IMG/VR virus record: IMGVR_UViG_2778261184_000002
Coordinates: 1-48,639 of that record
Origin: a virus
Taxonomy: Duplodnaviria > Heunggongvirae > Uroviricota > Caudoviricetes
Length of the DNA stretch: 48,639 nucleotides
Strand: one strand, 5' to 3'
Part shown: piece by piece, positions 17,734-27,046 of the stretch
How positions within the stretch are numbered: position 1 is the stretch's first letter
Layout of the letters: every line of letters starts with the position of its first letter
The notes under the pieces: generated by a model
Databases searched by the model: none
What the model saw: the letters and a program-made list of their open reading frames with translations, nothing else
Told to the model about the DNA's origin: nothing
Position numbers and translations under genes: made by a program

Positions 17734-18828
17734 TCATTCAATGATTTTTTCGGCTGTCAGCCAGCTAATTTCGTGCCTGTCTTTCGGCGGTTTTAGCATG
17801 TGAGCATATTCAGCGACATGCTCCCACGGAATTGTTTTTGCCCACTCAACGATAGCATTGTGATCTGCAGTGAAGAGTGGAATAGTGTGCGATTTCAACC
17901 ATTCTAATGTCGTGACGCCATGTTTTTTGGCGTGGTGCTGCGCATGATGCCGGGCTATCACTCGTAATGGCATTGTCCATTCACTACCATCAGGCATCGA
18001 AAAGCGCATTGTCTTCGGCATATCTGATTCAAGAACAGCCTCCCTAATACCAGGGAACTCACCAAGAATCATACGACGATAGTCATCACTATTTCGCCCG
18101 CCATACCTTTCGGCAAAATGATCAAGATATTCTTGGGTAATAAATGGTGAATCCTCCGCACTCAGCTTAATGGCTTTATATACACCACTCGGATTATCTT
18201 CAGCTAAAGCACGTCCATGATGTGAATCATAAAAAAAGCCTATTTCCTCTGGTGACGGAATTGAAGTGAGCAATATGCGTGAATCACCACTAGTCATGCT
18301 TGCCCACACAATGCTGTATGCCCGATCGCTGATATGTGCGGAATCCACAATAATGAATAAAAGATGGTCGGCGTAGTGACCTGCAATGCTATCTTCATAG
18401 TTAAGGCGGTAGTTACAAAAGCACATTCCCCAAAATTCATTGAACATCAGACCGCTATCACCGACCTTAAAATACTCAATGATAAAAGGTTGTTTTTTCA
18501 GCAATGCCTCCCAACATTGCCACACACATGCAACAATTCCTCTTTTGCAAACATTTGATTTTGGATAAACAATTACTGTCCGGGAATCAGGATACATAAT
18601 CGTATAAAGGGTACTAATAACAGCAAGCACTTGCGGTCGTCCGATCCCATACGGAGTGGTGACAGTAGCTTTTGCATTATTGGGCTGTATAGCTTCAACA
18701 ATTTGTTGTTGCTGGTGGCTTAAATCAATATCAAACAATTCTTTTGCTGCCAGTACCCAATTGTCTTTATATTTCTCCACCAGCGACAGCCAGCGCGGAT
18801 CTTTATAAATATTGCTCTTAGTCGCCAT
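17734..18828 (-). CDS. Terminase-large-subunit ATPase paralog with degenerate Walker A/B motifs (P1 PdcB-like by position)
   Basis: Collinear with N-terminal half of the PacB-like protein (DPRW...HQQQ-I), but Walker A is GIGRP instead of GTGKS and Walker B IVDSA instead of ILDEA; start at ATG 18828 (RBS AGGAAG). Confidence 0.55.
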   Translation of the reverse strand: MATKSNIYKDPRWLSLVEKYKDNWVLAAKELFDIDLSHQQQQIVEAIQPNNAKATVTTPYGIGRPQVLAVISTLYTIMYPDSRTVIVYPKSNVCKRGIVACVWQCWEALLKKQPFIIEYFKVGDSGLMFNEFWGMCFCNYRLNYEDSIAGHYADHLLFIIVDSAHISDRAYSIVWASMTSGDSRILLTSIPSPEEIGFFYDSHHGRALAEDNPSGVYKAIKLSAEDSPFITQEYLDHFAERYGGRNSDDYRRMILGEFPGIREAVLESDMPKTMRFSMPDGSEWTMPLRVIARHHAQHHAKKHGVTTLEWLKSHTIPLFTADHNAIVEWAKTIPWEHVAEYAHMLKPPKDRHEISWLTAEKIIE

Positions 18829-19585
18829 CTGCCACTTCCTTAACTTCTTCTTTGGCCTGTTCTGCAATCGCCGCACGGCATTTCGCCCTGGCTGTAGCGA
18901 TTGCTTCAGCTCGCACATCGTCTGGAATCGTTGACGTGATATACATATCCAGTTCTTCGGCACGGAATACTGTTTGGTCCAGATATTCGCGTAGCATCCA
19001 GGTAAATTCGAAATCACACGCGATAATCTCTGCGCTACCTTCTGCACCATTTGGGAAATGAATAAATGCCTGTTTAGCCAAACCGATAACACGACATGCG
19101 GTTGCCAAAACAGCGACAACCAGGTTTACATTTTCACACGCTACGGGCTGATTAACGCCGGAGATTACTCCATTTAACTGTCGGTTATATGGAAGGTAGT
19201 TTGAGATGCGTTCTACGCGCCATGTGCCAGTCAGGCTGCCATTTTTAAATATAATTGGTGTAACGGATAGCCCAAGCTCGCGTATAAGTCGTTGCGCTAT
19301 AGCAGGATCATTAAACAGGTCTAATGCTACACATTCGAAAGACTGCGCAAGGGCAAACAGTTCTTCCAGAGAGTAGTCTTTGCCCCTGGCGGTGATGTAA
19401 CGACGAACGCCGCTGTCTGCATCACTCCATATAGCTACGCCATGCTCTTCATTCAGCTCTTCATTAAAGCCGAGATACGTCATGATAGTGCGTTCAATCG
19501 TGTCAAACGGCAGTGACATGTCGGCGTTAACAGCCACCAGCAGGCCATTACGCAAGCGGTATTGAATTGTTTTAGTGCTTTCCAT
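18818..19585 (-). CDS. Hypothetical protein
   Basis: 255-aa ORF; stop overlaps downstream start. Confidence 0.45.
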   Translation of the reverse strand: MESTKTIQYRLRNGLLVAVNADMSLPFDTIERTIMTYLGFNEELNEEHGVAIWSDADSGVRRYITARGKDYSLEELFALAQSFECVALDLFNDPAIAQRLIRELGLSVTPIIFKNGSLTGTWRVERISNYLPYNRQLNGVISGVNQPVACENVNLVVAVLATACRVIGLAKQAFIHFPNGAEGSAEIIACDFEFTWMLREYLDQTVFRAEELDMYITSTIPDDVRAEAIATARAKCRAAIAEQAKEEVKEVADGD

Positions 19586-19591
19586 GTCAAA

Positions 19592-20254
19592 TCACTCCAC
19601 AACAAACCAGTCACAGGCCAGCAGGTCGCCAACTGAAGGCACCCACGGAACAACTACACCTTGTGCATTTTTTAAGGCGAAATAAGCACCATACGGAACG
19701 AGGTCGCCGGGGAAATATCCCTTAATGGCTTCCATTCGTGCCGGGTACTGTCCTTCAGGAACCAGCCAGCAGAATTGGTCTTCGCCGTTCCACCCGCGTC
19801 GAGCAACTTTCTTGCCATCCTTCATCCACATCAGCGCGTCAGAAAAGTCGGCTGCTTCAAGGTCGATTTCTTCTTGTAGAGTAGCGATACCGCCAGCAGA
19901 AATAGTTACGTCCCTGGCTGTAATGAATGTCACCCCATTGTGACCTTCAATGCTGAGCGATACCCCATTTTCGGAGGCGTCGTTAACCCGGCTATAGCAT
20001 TTTTCAAATGCTTTCTCTGGCACATAGACCAGATAACCATTTTCAGCAGTGACGAGATATCCTCCTATTTGCGGTCGGAACTTTTCCAAGAACACACCAT
20101 CAACACGAAGCGTCATTCCTTTTGGCTCCACGACTTCGATGCTGCCAAAAATGGGCGCATAAGCTTTGCCGACAATAACAATATCTTTGATTTTCGATGC
20201 CCGAATGATGCTGTGGCATTTGTATTTGGGGAACACCTGAAAAGTGCTGGCCAT
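19592..20254 (-). CDS. Two-domain protein: unknown N-terminal domain fused to C-terminal DUF2829-like domain
   Basis: C-terminal KDGKKVARRGWNGEDQFCWL...DLLACDWFVVE. Confidence 0.5.
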   Translation of the reverse strand: MASTFQVFPKYKCHSIIRASKIKDIVIVGKAYAPIFGSIEVVEPKGMTLRVDGVFLEKFRPQIGGYLVTAENGYLVYVPEKAFEKCYSRVNDASENGVSLSIEGHNGVTFITARDVTISAGGIATLQEEIDLEAADFSDALMWMKDGKKVARRGWNGEDQFCWLVPEGQYPARMEAIKGYFPGDLVPYGAYFALKNAQGVVVPWVPSVGDLLACDWFVVE

Positions 20255-20268
20255 AATCCTTCCTCTAC

Positions 20269-20763
20269 TTAAAACTTTGCGTACTGAAGCGGTGTACGCT
20301 TGATTTCAACGCGGCCTTCCGATGTGCTACCAAAGCCACCAGCACCACGCTCCGTTTCGTTGAGTTCCTCAACCTCGACTAGTGAGACTTGTTCAACACG
20401 CTCAAAAATTCCTTGCATGACAGCCATTCCATGCTTGAGACAAACGCCTTCCCCGCCTGGATCAGTAATCAGTTTTGCCATGATTTCGCCGCGATAATCG
20501 GAGTCGATAATTCCTACGCAGTTAGCCAGGCGAGTATGTTTTTTGCAGCCCAATCCTGATCGCGGATAGAGTTTCAGACACCAGCCGGGCGGGATCTCCA
20601 TAGCCAGTCCGGTATACACCCACCAGCTTGAGGAAATTGCACCATTGCTATCGACGCATGGTTTTATTTCAACAGCCTCAAAATCCATCGCCGCCGATCC
20701 GGAGGTGGCATAAGCTGGAAGTTTTGCTGCCGGATGTAGGCGTTTCACTTTTACGTAAATCAT
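20269..20763 (-). CDS. dut: dUTP diphosphatase (trimeric dUTPase)
   Basis: Motifs PRSGLG, GIIDSDYRGE and RGAGGFGSTS in canonical order. Confidence 0.85.
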   Translation of the reverse strand: MIYVKVKRLHPAAKLPAYATSGSAAMDFEAVEIKPCVDSNGAISSSWWVYTGLAMEIPPGWCLKLYPRSGLGCKKHTRLANCVGIIDSDYRGEIMAKLITDPGGEGVCLKHGMAVMQGIFERVEQVSLVEVEELNETERGAGGFGSTSEGRVEIKRTPLQYAKF

Positions 20764-21236
20764 TGTTTTTTAGCTCTCTGCGTGAAGGTGTAAACCCGAC
20801 GTTTGATATGTGGAACGGTAGGAACAGGAAGACAGGAACTTTCAATAACTCCTTGCTCCTCCAGCGATCGCACCGCCCGCAAGAACTGCGACGTGTCGCC
20901 GCCAAACTGGCGGGCATAGGTGCTGCCGTTATGAAGTATTTGAGCTATTACCCGAGCTTTTGTCTGGCTGTCACGATATGCGAATAGCCGCACGGCCTCT
21001 TCTGGCGCAATCGCTAACTGATAGCCTTTCCCGGCACGGTGTCGAATGAATCCATGCGCCAGTAGGTTTTTGAGTTCGTTACGAGTGCGAACAGATCCGT
21101 AATCCAGGAAGTGTGGATTGATAACGACTGGCTTAAACCATTCCGTAGGTGCTTTAGCTAATAGAGCTAACAGCTTCCCGGACAATTCTGGATAGGAAGA
21201 CGGGTAACAATTCAGAGATGGGTAATAAGTTTTCAC
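20760..21236 (-). CDS. Hypothetical protein
   Basis: 158-aa ORF, overlapping neighbours. Confidence 0.45.
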   Translation of the reverse strand: MKTYYPSLNCYPSSYPELSGKLLALLAKAPTEWFKPVVINPHFLDYGSVRTRNELKNLLAHGFIRHRAGKGYQLAIAPEEAVRLFAYRDSQTKARVIAQILHNGSTYARQFGGDTSQFLRAVRSLEEQGVIESSCLPVPTVPHIKRRVYTFTQRAKKQ

Positions 21237-21577
21237 CGACGCCCCCTTGCCGGATATCGACCTGCATTAGTATCCGGTGCAATAAAGCCGGTAGTGGGGC
21301 GAGTGAAAGCGAGATTAATCTTCTCGACCATAGTGCGATAATTTTCCTGATAGTGGGCCAGGAGTTTTTCGGCGGCAATGATGGTTACTTTCCGGACGTA
21401 GCTTTCTGCTTCCTCCAGATTTCGCCAGTTTTTTTCGAGGGTAAACACAGGGACGGCCTCAAGCCCGGTCATGATGCCGAACACAACGACAGCATGACTA
21501 TTCTTAACACCAGCGGCGAAGGTTACGGTGTAACCATCTACCTTGAAGCGTCTTGATTCCGTGATTTGACTCTGCAA
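21233..21577 (-). CDS. Hypothetical protein
   Basis: 114-aa ORF; first gene of an operon starting below an operator-like motif. Confidence 0.45.
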   Translation of the reverse strand: MQSQITESRRFKVDGYTVTFAAGVKNSHAVVVFGIMTGLEAVPVFTLEKNWRNLEEAESYVRKVTIIAAEKLLAHYQENYRTMVEKINLAFTRPTTGFIAPDTNAGRYPARGRR

Positions 21578-21635
21578 AGCACCCTCCTAAATAGGCGAGG
21601 GTACTTTACAGCAAAGGCGTTAATCTAAAAAGATG

Positions 21636-21652
21636 TGTTAGAAATTTAATTT
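21636..21652 (+). promoter_or_regulatory. Operator-like motif copy (TGTTAGAAATTTAATTT)
   Basis: Between the recombinase gene stop and the start of the 21577 operon. Confidence 0.45.
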
Positions 21653-22679
21653 ACGAATCCATCAGGCGGCTATTAGCCCCCACAGACACGCCGCCACGGC
21701 GAAGATACCGCATAAGTGTTTCCGGTTTCTTCCAGGTTCCTTCCTGCATGATCTCCACCATAGACACCTGCTTTTCAGCCATATCAATAGCGGCCCCGAC
21801 GCGTGCACTATGCCCGGTCCACGTCCGGTATCTTCCTTTGTTTGGCGTAGCATCTCTTTTATTCAGCAACACCCAGGCGTCGCTGAATATTTTCTCCATT
21901 GCAGGTGCAGTAAGGGGCGTTGTCGTGATCCTGGCCTTATTGCTACGGTGTATCGGCGGGAACAGCACTGCGTCAGGATGTTCGCGAAGCCCGGAAACAT
22001 CCAGCCAGTCATTCAGCACAGCGGTAGTGCAACGGGAAAGCACCTTATCAAGCCCGGCGGCGGTCGTTATTGTCTTCGTGTGTGAAATATGTAGCGTGAC
22101 AGTGTCACCTGTTTGGTCCAGATCTCCTACACGAATACGCGAGATTTCCGACATACGCATCAGCGTATTGTATGCAACAAAGAGAAAAGCCCGGTTGCGC
22201 AGATCCACCAGCCGTTCTGACCTGGACAACAGGACGTCGAGCAGTTTCAGATCGTCCCACCGCAGCGGTATAGCCTGGCCTGTTCGTTCGCCTTTTTCAG
22301 TTGCCGCTTCGCGCCGGATGCGCCGCATAGCCAGAGAAACACTTTTATCATCCGAAAGTGGCGGAAGGCCACAATGCGAAAGCAGCATGTTCAGCATGGC
22401 GTAGTGCTTATCAATGGTGGTCGAAGCCAGATCGGCATCATGCAGCTGAAGAAAATACTCGCGGGCCATCTCTGGTGAGATCGGGAACCAGGCGAGCTGG
22501 CGAGCGTGACACCATCTCGCCCAGGAGTGAAACACTAACCGGAGATCGCGCAAAGTATTCGGCGCGTAAGCCCCCTGGTCATTCATGAACCGCATAAAGT
22601 TTTCTGCGGCCTCCTGGTACTCTTTGCCAATGTTGCGCAGAAAACCACTGGAGCTGCCAGAGATAATTAATTCACTCAT
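21651..22679 (-). CDS. dre: Cre-family tyrosine site-specific recombinase (Dre-like)
   Basis: 342 aa; collinear with P1 Cre over the whole length (SWA-WC...WFP, SLAMRRIRRE, AYNTLMRMSEI-RIRV-D, GHSARVGAA-DMA, C-terminal catalytic Tyr region); adjacent rox-type site. Confidence 0.85.
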   Translation of the reverse strand: MSELIISGSSSGFLRNIGKEYQEAAENFMRFMNDQGAYAPNTLRDLRLVFHSWARWCHARQLAWFPISPEMAREYFLQLHDADLASTTIDKHYAMLNMLLSHCGLPPLSDDKSVSLAMRRIRREAATEKGERTGQAIPLRWDDLKLLDVLLSRSERLVDLRNRAFLFVAYNTLMRMSEISRIRVGDLDQTGDTVTLHISHTKTITTAAGLDKVLSRCTTAVLNDWLDVSGLREHPDAVLFPPIHRSNKARITTTPLTAPAMEKIFSDAWVLLNKRDATPNKGRYRTWTGHSARVGAAIDMAEKQVSMVEIMQEGTWKKPETLMRYLRRGGVSVGANSRLMDS

Positions 22680-22831
22680 GAAACTATTTAACCTCTATAT
22701 ACAGATGACGCTACGCGAAAAATATAAAAATGACAGGGTAGCTATAAGTTAATTTTCAAGATTCAAACCTTTGATTCGAGGCACGTATTTTCAGTGATGT
22801 CAACACTGATCATCCACCCATGATTATAGCC

Positions 22832-22863
22832 TAACTTTAAATAATGCCAATTATCTAAAGTTA
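22832..22863. other. lox/rox-type recombination site TAACTTTAAATAAT-GCCA-ATTATCTAAAGTTA
   Basis: 14-bp inverted arms around 4-bp spacer, 150 bp upstream of the recombinase gene; arms differ at one position. Confidence 0.75.
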
Positions 22864-22870
22864 GAAACTT
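22859..22870 (+). promoter_or_regulatory. Operator-like motif copy (AGTTAGAAACTT) overlapping the right arm of the rox-type site
   Basis: Partial match to consensus. Confidence 0.3.
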
Positions 22871-23036
22871 AGGAATTTTTTTCCTTTCCGCGTAGATGGG
22901 CAATGCATTGCTGGCGTGGGCTTTAAGTTATGCCTGGCAGTTTTTAAGCAGAATTTTCTAAATTGGATGATAAAAAAATGCATCTTGATCCTTTACTCAC
23001 CCTGTTATTCGGCATAGATTTGTCATAGTAATTTTA

Positions 23037-23053
23037 TGTTAGAAAACTAAATC
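23037..23053 (+). promoter_or_regulatory. Operator-like motif copy (TGTTAGAAAACTAAATC)
   Basis: 10 bp upstream of the RBS of ORF 23065. Confidence 0.45.
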
Positions 23054-23064
23054 GAGTAGGAATA

Positions 23065-24102
23065 ATGAGTAAGAAGTCGATCGAGAAAGAGTACAAACGG
23101 TTCCTGCAAACCGCTGAACGGTGGAAAGAGCTGGTGGTCGCAAACTCTGTTTTCCATGATACCAGTTATGCCGGCGAGGAATTCCGCCACGTTGCACTAA
23201 CACATGATCAGAATGTGCTAGAAGAAGCTGAAAAGTGCCTCACAGAATGGAAAGCCTTTGTTGACTTGTGCCGTAACGCTGACGGCAAAGCGTCCAACAT
23301 TGTTGAGTCTGTATATTCTCCGATCCCATTCATTATTGAGGACACAAATCAAAGCACGCATATTGTTGTGCAAAGCGCGACCACCACCCGCTCATTTACG
23401 CGCGAAAATCTGCTCAAAAAATATGATGCAATTATAAAGAAAAGCCTGAAAAACAAGATATTTTCGCAGATTGTTGGTGCACTTGAAGAAGAGCGCCGTT
23501 TTTTCGCATCAGAACCTGAAGGGGAAGTTTACCGGGCGCGCAAAGATGGATACACAGATGTAGTGCTTACAACAAACATTGAAGGCAGCAATGCTCTGTC
23601 ACGATTCAGGGTAGGCGCACACGGAGCCTTAGTGTTCGCAAAACTTCCGAACACCACAGTGCCCGTTGTTAATAATGTCGGCGAACGTCGCAGCATTACT
23701 ATTTATTCTGGGGTTGAGTCGATCCCTTGCGGCCTGCTTGGTGACTTTAGTCTCTATCGCGTTCGCGATCTGGAGAAACACCAACCAAGCTATGTTGCGA
23801 AGTCATACATCTTGCGAAACATCGACATCCGCAATGAGAGCTTAAAGAACAAATCAGCCAAAATGCTTGAGGAAGCCGATCCGGCTATTCGCCATATCAT
23901 TGAGCGTAAAATACAGACAGCACGCGAAGCGATGGCGAGACTGAATAAAATGGATCTGGAGTTGTTAGACGTAATGATGACATCCGGAGATGACCTGACA
24001 GGCATAAAACTGACAGACGCGCGGAAAAGATACGGTAAAACCATAGAAGAACGTTACGGGTTCACTTTCTCCCAAACACAGCACGCCGCTAAACTCTGGT
24101 AA
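23065..24102 (+). CDS. Hypothetical protein; positional candidate for the primary immunity repressor (C1 analog)
   Basis: 345 aa; lies between pacB-like gene and the recombination site as c1 does in P1; three operator-like motifs within 210 bp upstream. No sequence motif supports the function. Confidence 0.35.
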   Translation: MSKKSIEKEYKRFLQTAERWKELVVANSVFHDTSYAGEEFRHVALTHDQNVLEEAEKCLTEWKAFVDLCRNADGKASNIVESVYSPIPFIIEDTNQSTHIVVQSATTTRSFTRENLLKKYDAIIKKSLKNKIFSQIVGALEEERRFFASEPEGEVYRARKDGYTDVVLTTNIEGSNALSRFRVGAHGALVFAKLPNTTVPVVNNVGERRSITIYSGVESIPCGLLGDFSLYRVRDLEKHQPSYVAKSYILRNIDIRNESLKNKSAKMLEEADPAIRHIIERKIQTAREAMARLNKMDLELLDVMMTSGDDLTGIKLTDARKRYGKTIEERYGFTFSQTQHAAKLW

Positions 24103-24106
24103 TCAC

Positions 24107-24131
24107 AAGCCCCGCATTGCCGGGGCTTTAT
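24107..24131 (+). terminator. Rho-independent terminator
   Basis: AAGCCCCG-cattg-CGGGGCTT followed by TAT. Confidence 0.6.
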
Positions 24132-24173
24132 CCGGTGCGCCGTAAAACCCCGTCCTTCAGGGCGTGGAGGATG

Positions 24174-25682
24174 TCAAATATCCAGATCTGGCATTTCTAC
24201 ATCTGCAAGAACCTGATCGCGGAAGGTAGCCATTTCAGCGCCGATATCTTCATTAGCAGGAACATAGTCCACCAGCATTGTAAAGCAGTAGGTATCCCAT
24301 CGGTCAGGTGATTTGATGTTCAGCTTTTGCCGCATGTGCTCCTTGCGCATCATCGCCATCTTCCCTTCTTCATTAAGTAAAAAGGGGATTTTTGACGCTT
24401 GCTCTGCCGTTTTAGGGTCGCTGTCTATTCGCATACGACCTGACTTTATGGCATCACGAGCCATAATATTTGCGTAGGCACGCTGGTTAACAAAACGCTC
24501 CTTGTCTTTATTCGAAAACATGGGTTTCCCCCACCGAATCCGTACCGGGTTAGCCCCACGGCGCACCAGCTGCGCACAGGTATCTGAACCAAAACCGTCT
24601 GCGTCAACCGCGATTGTAATATTCGGGTATTTATCCGGCGTGCATTCGTTGTATATAAAGTCAGCAAAAGCCAGCGGGTCCATAGTCCCTGGCATTTCCA
24701 TTACCTTAAAGTTAACAACACGCCGCTTTTCCCGGTGACCAGACACTTTACAGATATTAAGAACTGACTTGTCTCGCCCGTTACCAACGTCAGCAGTAGC
24801 CACCCATCCCCAGTTTTTCTCCAACAACACCTTGCGCCGCGCAGCGCGATCGCATTCATCACGACCAAGCAAATAGCCGTTAATCTCCCGAGGAAACTGA
24901 CCAAGAACCTTGACCATGTACTCAATAGAATCGCGCCCGCCATATTCCAGGAGTTTCTGCCTGATGAATTGTGGTGTGACGAACGGTGATTCTTCTGAGT
25001 TAAGAACAATTGCTGTCCAGATCCCTTTCGGGTTGTCTGGGGTTTTAGCTTGAGAATGGTGCGAATCGTAGAAATAACCACTTGGCCTTGTTGGCTGGGA
25101 TAGCATCAACATTCGGTTATCTTCTTCAGTCAGAGCGCCAGTCATTACGCCGATCGCTTTATCAGATATACCTGATGCTTCATCCAGAATTAGAAGCAAA
25201 TGTGCCGCGTGCTCCCCCGCCAGAGCTTCTTCGTTACCGAGTCGATAGCCTTTGCAGAGAACTTCCCAGATCCCCTTTCGAGAGCGTTCATAAAACATGG
25301 TGTCAGACAGGACAAAATAGGTCTGTAACCACCCATGACGCTTAACGGCATTCGCCCAATACTGTTTAACGTATTTGAATACACCTGTCTTAACCTGACC
25401 TATTTTGTTAGCAACAATGATGACACGGGCATCGGGGAACAGAATCAAATAAATCAGCAACAACATAGCCGTTAGCGACGATTTCCCTGTACCGTGACCA
25501 GAGGTAACAGTGGTTCTGCTCCCTTTTTGCTGTACGGACTGGATAATCTCCTGCTGCTGGTGGGAGGGAAACATCCCGAATATATCAACAACAGCCTGGG
25601 TAAAGTTGTAGCGGTATTTGATTACCATATCGCGCCAGCGTGGATCGCTGGTGACGCATTTAATCTTGCGCCCACCAGCCAT
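24174..25682 (-). CDS. pacB: Terminase large subunit (PacB-like)
   Basis: 502 aa; Walker A GHGTGKSS, Walker B LLILDEASGI; follows pacA-like gene with overlapping stop/start. Confidence 0.8.
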   Translation of the reverse strand: MAGGRKIKCVTSDPRWRDMVIKYRYNFTQAVVDIFGMFPSHQQQEIIQSVQQKGSRTTVTSGHGTGKSSLTAMLLLIYLILFPDARVIIVANKIGQVKTGVFKYVKQYWANAVKRHGWLQTYFVLSDTMFYERSRKGIWEVLCKGYRLGNEEALAGEHAAHLLLILDEASGISDKAIGVMTGALTEEDNRMLMLSQPTRPSGYFYDSHHSQAKTPDNPKGIWTAIVLNSEESPFVTPQFIRQKLLEYGGRDSIEYMVKVLGQFPREINGYLLGRDECDRAARRKVLLEKNWGWVATADVGNGRDKSVLNICKVSGHREKRRVVNFKVMEMPGTMDPLAFADFIYNECTPDKYPNITIAVDADGFGSDTCAQLVRRGANPVRIRWGKPMFSNKDKERFVNQRAYANIMARDAIKSGRMRIDSDPKTAEQASKIPFLLNEEGKMAMMRKEHMRQKLNIKSPDRWDTYCFTMLVDYVPANEDIGAEMATFRDQVLADVEMPDLDI

Positions 25683-27046
25683 TAGTCATCCTCCGGCGGT
25701 TCTATCGCAATATCATCATCTCCGGCGTCATACCCTGCATCTGATGCATCATAATCACCGTAAATTTCAGCCGTTGCCGAAGGGTCAATGTCCAACTCTT
25801 CATCGTTGGCCTCGAATTCCCCAGCCTTACGCTCGCCATTGTGGTCGTAATCTCCGCACCCCAGATCTTCAACAATGGTTGCCACATCCGCCCGGCGCTC
25901 TGCCAGCCATTGCGGATGGTTAGCCTGAAGCGATGCAAACTCCTTCGCTTCTTTGTCCAGCTGTTCATCATCAACATCATTGATGTCAGAAACTGGAGGT
26001 TCGAGAAGAGTGATAGCTTTCGCCGCGCGCGCCGCGAGGATAGCCGGGACACTGACACCCTGACGCTCGATGTATTCAGCAACACCGATATCGTCCAGCT
26101 CCTCGCGCTCACGCATACGTATAGCGGCGGCGATAACTCTGGCTGCGCGTGCGTCAGCGCCAATGCGATATTCAATCTCTTTGCCACGCTGTTCGGCCTG
26201 TAGGCGTGCTAATTCGAGTTTTTCTCTGGCCTCGGCCTCTCTGAATGCTTGCTGGCGAGCACCCTGACGAAGTTTTTCATCACCCTGTCGCAGCTTTTGT
26301 TCGGACTGATATATCGCTGCCAACCTACTGATAAAATCGTTCATGTAGTAGGCCGCGTCACTGATTAGACCGAGAAGTCGCTGCCCAGGGTGCATTCCTT
26401 CTGGCTGTTCATCACCCAGGGCGTCTATCTCCGCCTGTAGGCGTTCGGCCTCCTGATCAACAATGCTTTGGTACTGAAGTGCGCGTTCTTGCGCCATTTG
26501 AATTGCTAACCGCAGGTGCTCTTCTGCGCCGTTCTTCATCATGTCGCGAGCCACACTCGTAGTGGGCAACGTGGCACGCTGCACAGCACCGCCAGGGATC
26601 ATTGCTGAAGATCCCTCGATTTTTGAGGCGCATTTATCTTCGGTGGGGATCATTTTCGCCATTTTTTCGCGCAATGATCTCCTGACAGATTCTTTTATCT
26701 CATTGTTATTATTTGCATTATTTTCATGATCCGAAGTTTTCTTTCTCGGCATACTTCGGAAAGAACCTGTGCCCTGCGAATTGTCAATTTCTGTAAATTT
26801 TGTTGTTTCTGTACCTTCTTCTGGTCTTTTTTTTGCTCTTCCTGCCCGTTTTTTTTGAGGTGATTTGGTGCTTTTTTTTGTAGTCTTCACCTGCGACCGC
26901 ACCTCATTTTTTTTCATATTGAGATGCTTTCTGGCGGTATTGAAGCTAAGGTCGTGTTGCTCGCAGTATTCCTTTACGGTGATCCCTTTTTCTTCACGCA
27001 ACGCTATAAATTTGGCGCGGTGCTCTTCCCAATTAACCAGACTCAT
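25682..27046 (-). CDS. pacA: Terminase small/DNA-recognition subunit (PacA-like)
   Basis: 454 aa; N-terminal HTH-like segment (ITVKEYCEQHDLSFNTARKHLN), basic linker, acidic C-terminus; immediately upstream of terminase large subunit. Confidence 0.6.
   Translation of the reverse strand: MSLVNWEEHRAKFIALREEKGITVKEYCEQHDLSFNTARKHLNMKKNEVRSQVKTTKKSTKSPQKKRAGRAKKRPEEGTETTKFTEIDNSQGTGSFRSMPRKKTSDHENNANNNNEIKESVRRSLREKMAKMIPTEDKCASKIEGSSAMIPGGAVQRATLPTTSVARDMMKNGAEEHLRLAIQMAQERALQYQSIVDQEAERLQAEIDALGDEQPEGMHPGQRLLGLISDAAYYMNDFISRLAAIYQSEQKLRQGDEKLRQGARQQAFREAEAREKLELARLQAEQRGKEIEYRIGADARAARVIAAAIRMREREELDDIGVAEYIERQGVSVPAILAARAAKAITLLEPPVSDINDVDDEQLDKEAKEFASLQANHPQWLAERRADVATIVEDLGCGDYDHNGERKAGEFEANDEELDIDPSATAEIYGDYDASDAGYDAGDDDIAIEPPEDD

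Noticed and set aside
22696-22707. Additional LexA boxes (CTCTATATACAG at 22696; CTGTATGCAGGGTGTG near 2140)
   Set aside because: Only half-site matches; CTGT-N8-ACAG not satisfied.
22900-22911. Perfect 12-bp palindrome GCAATGCATTGC between the rox-type site and ORF 23065
   Set aside because: Single short palindrome with no second copy found; chance occurrence cannot be excluded.
22680-23064. Exact loxP (ATAACTTCGTATA-N8-TATACGAAGTTAT)
   Set aside because: Not present; the site found has 14-bp arms and a 4-bp spacer, i.e. rox-type.
25682-27046. P1-type pac site (clustered TGATCA/G hexamers with GATC) within pacA
   Set aside because: Only isolated GATC sites at 26454, 26597, 26663, 26729 and 26981; no hexamer cluster.
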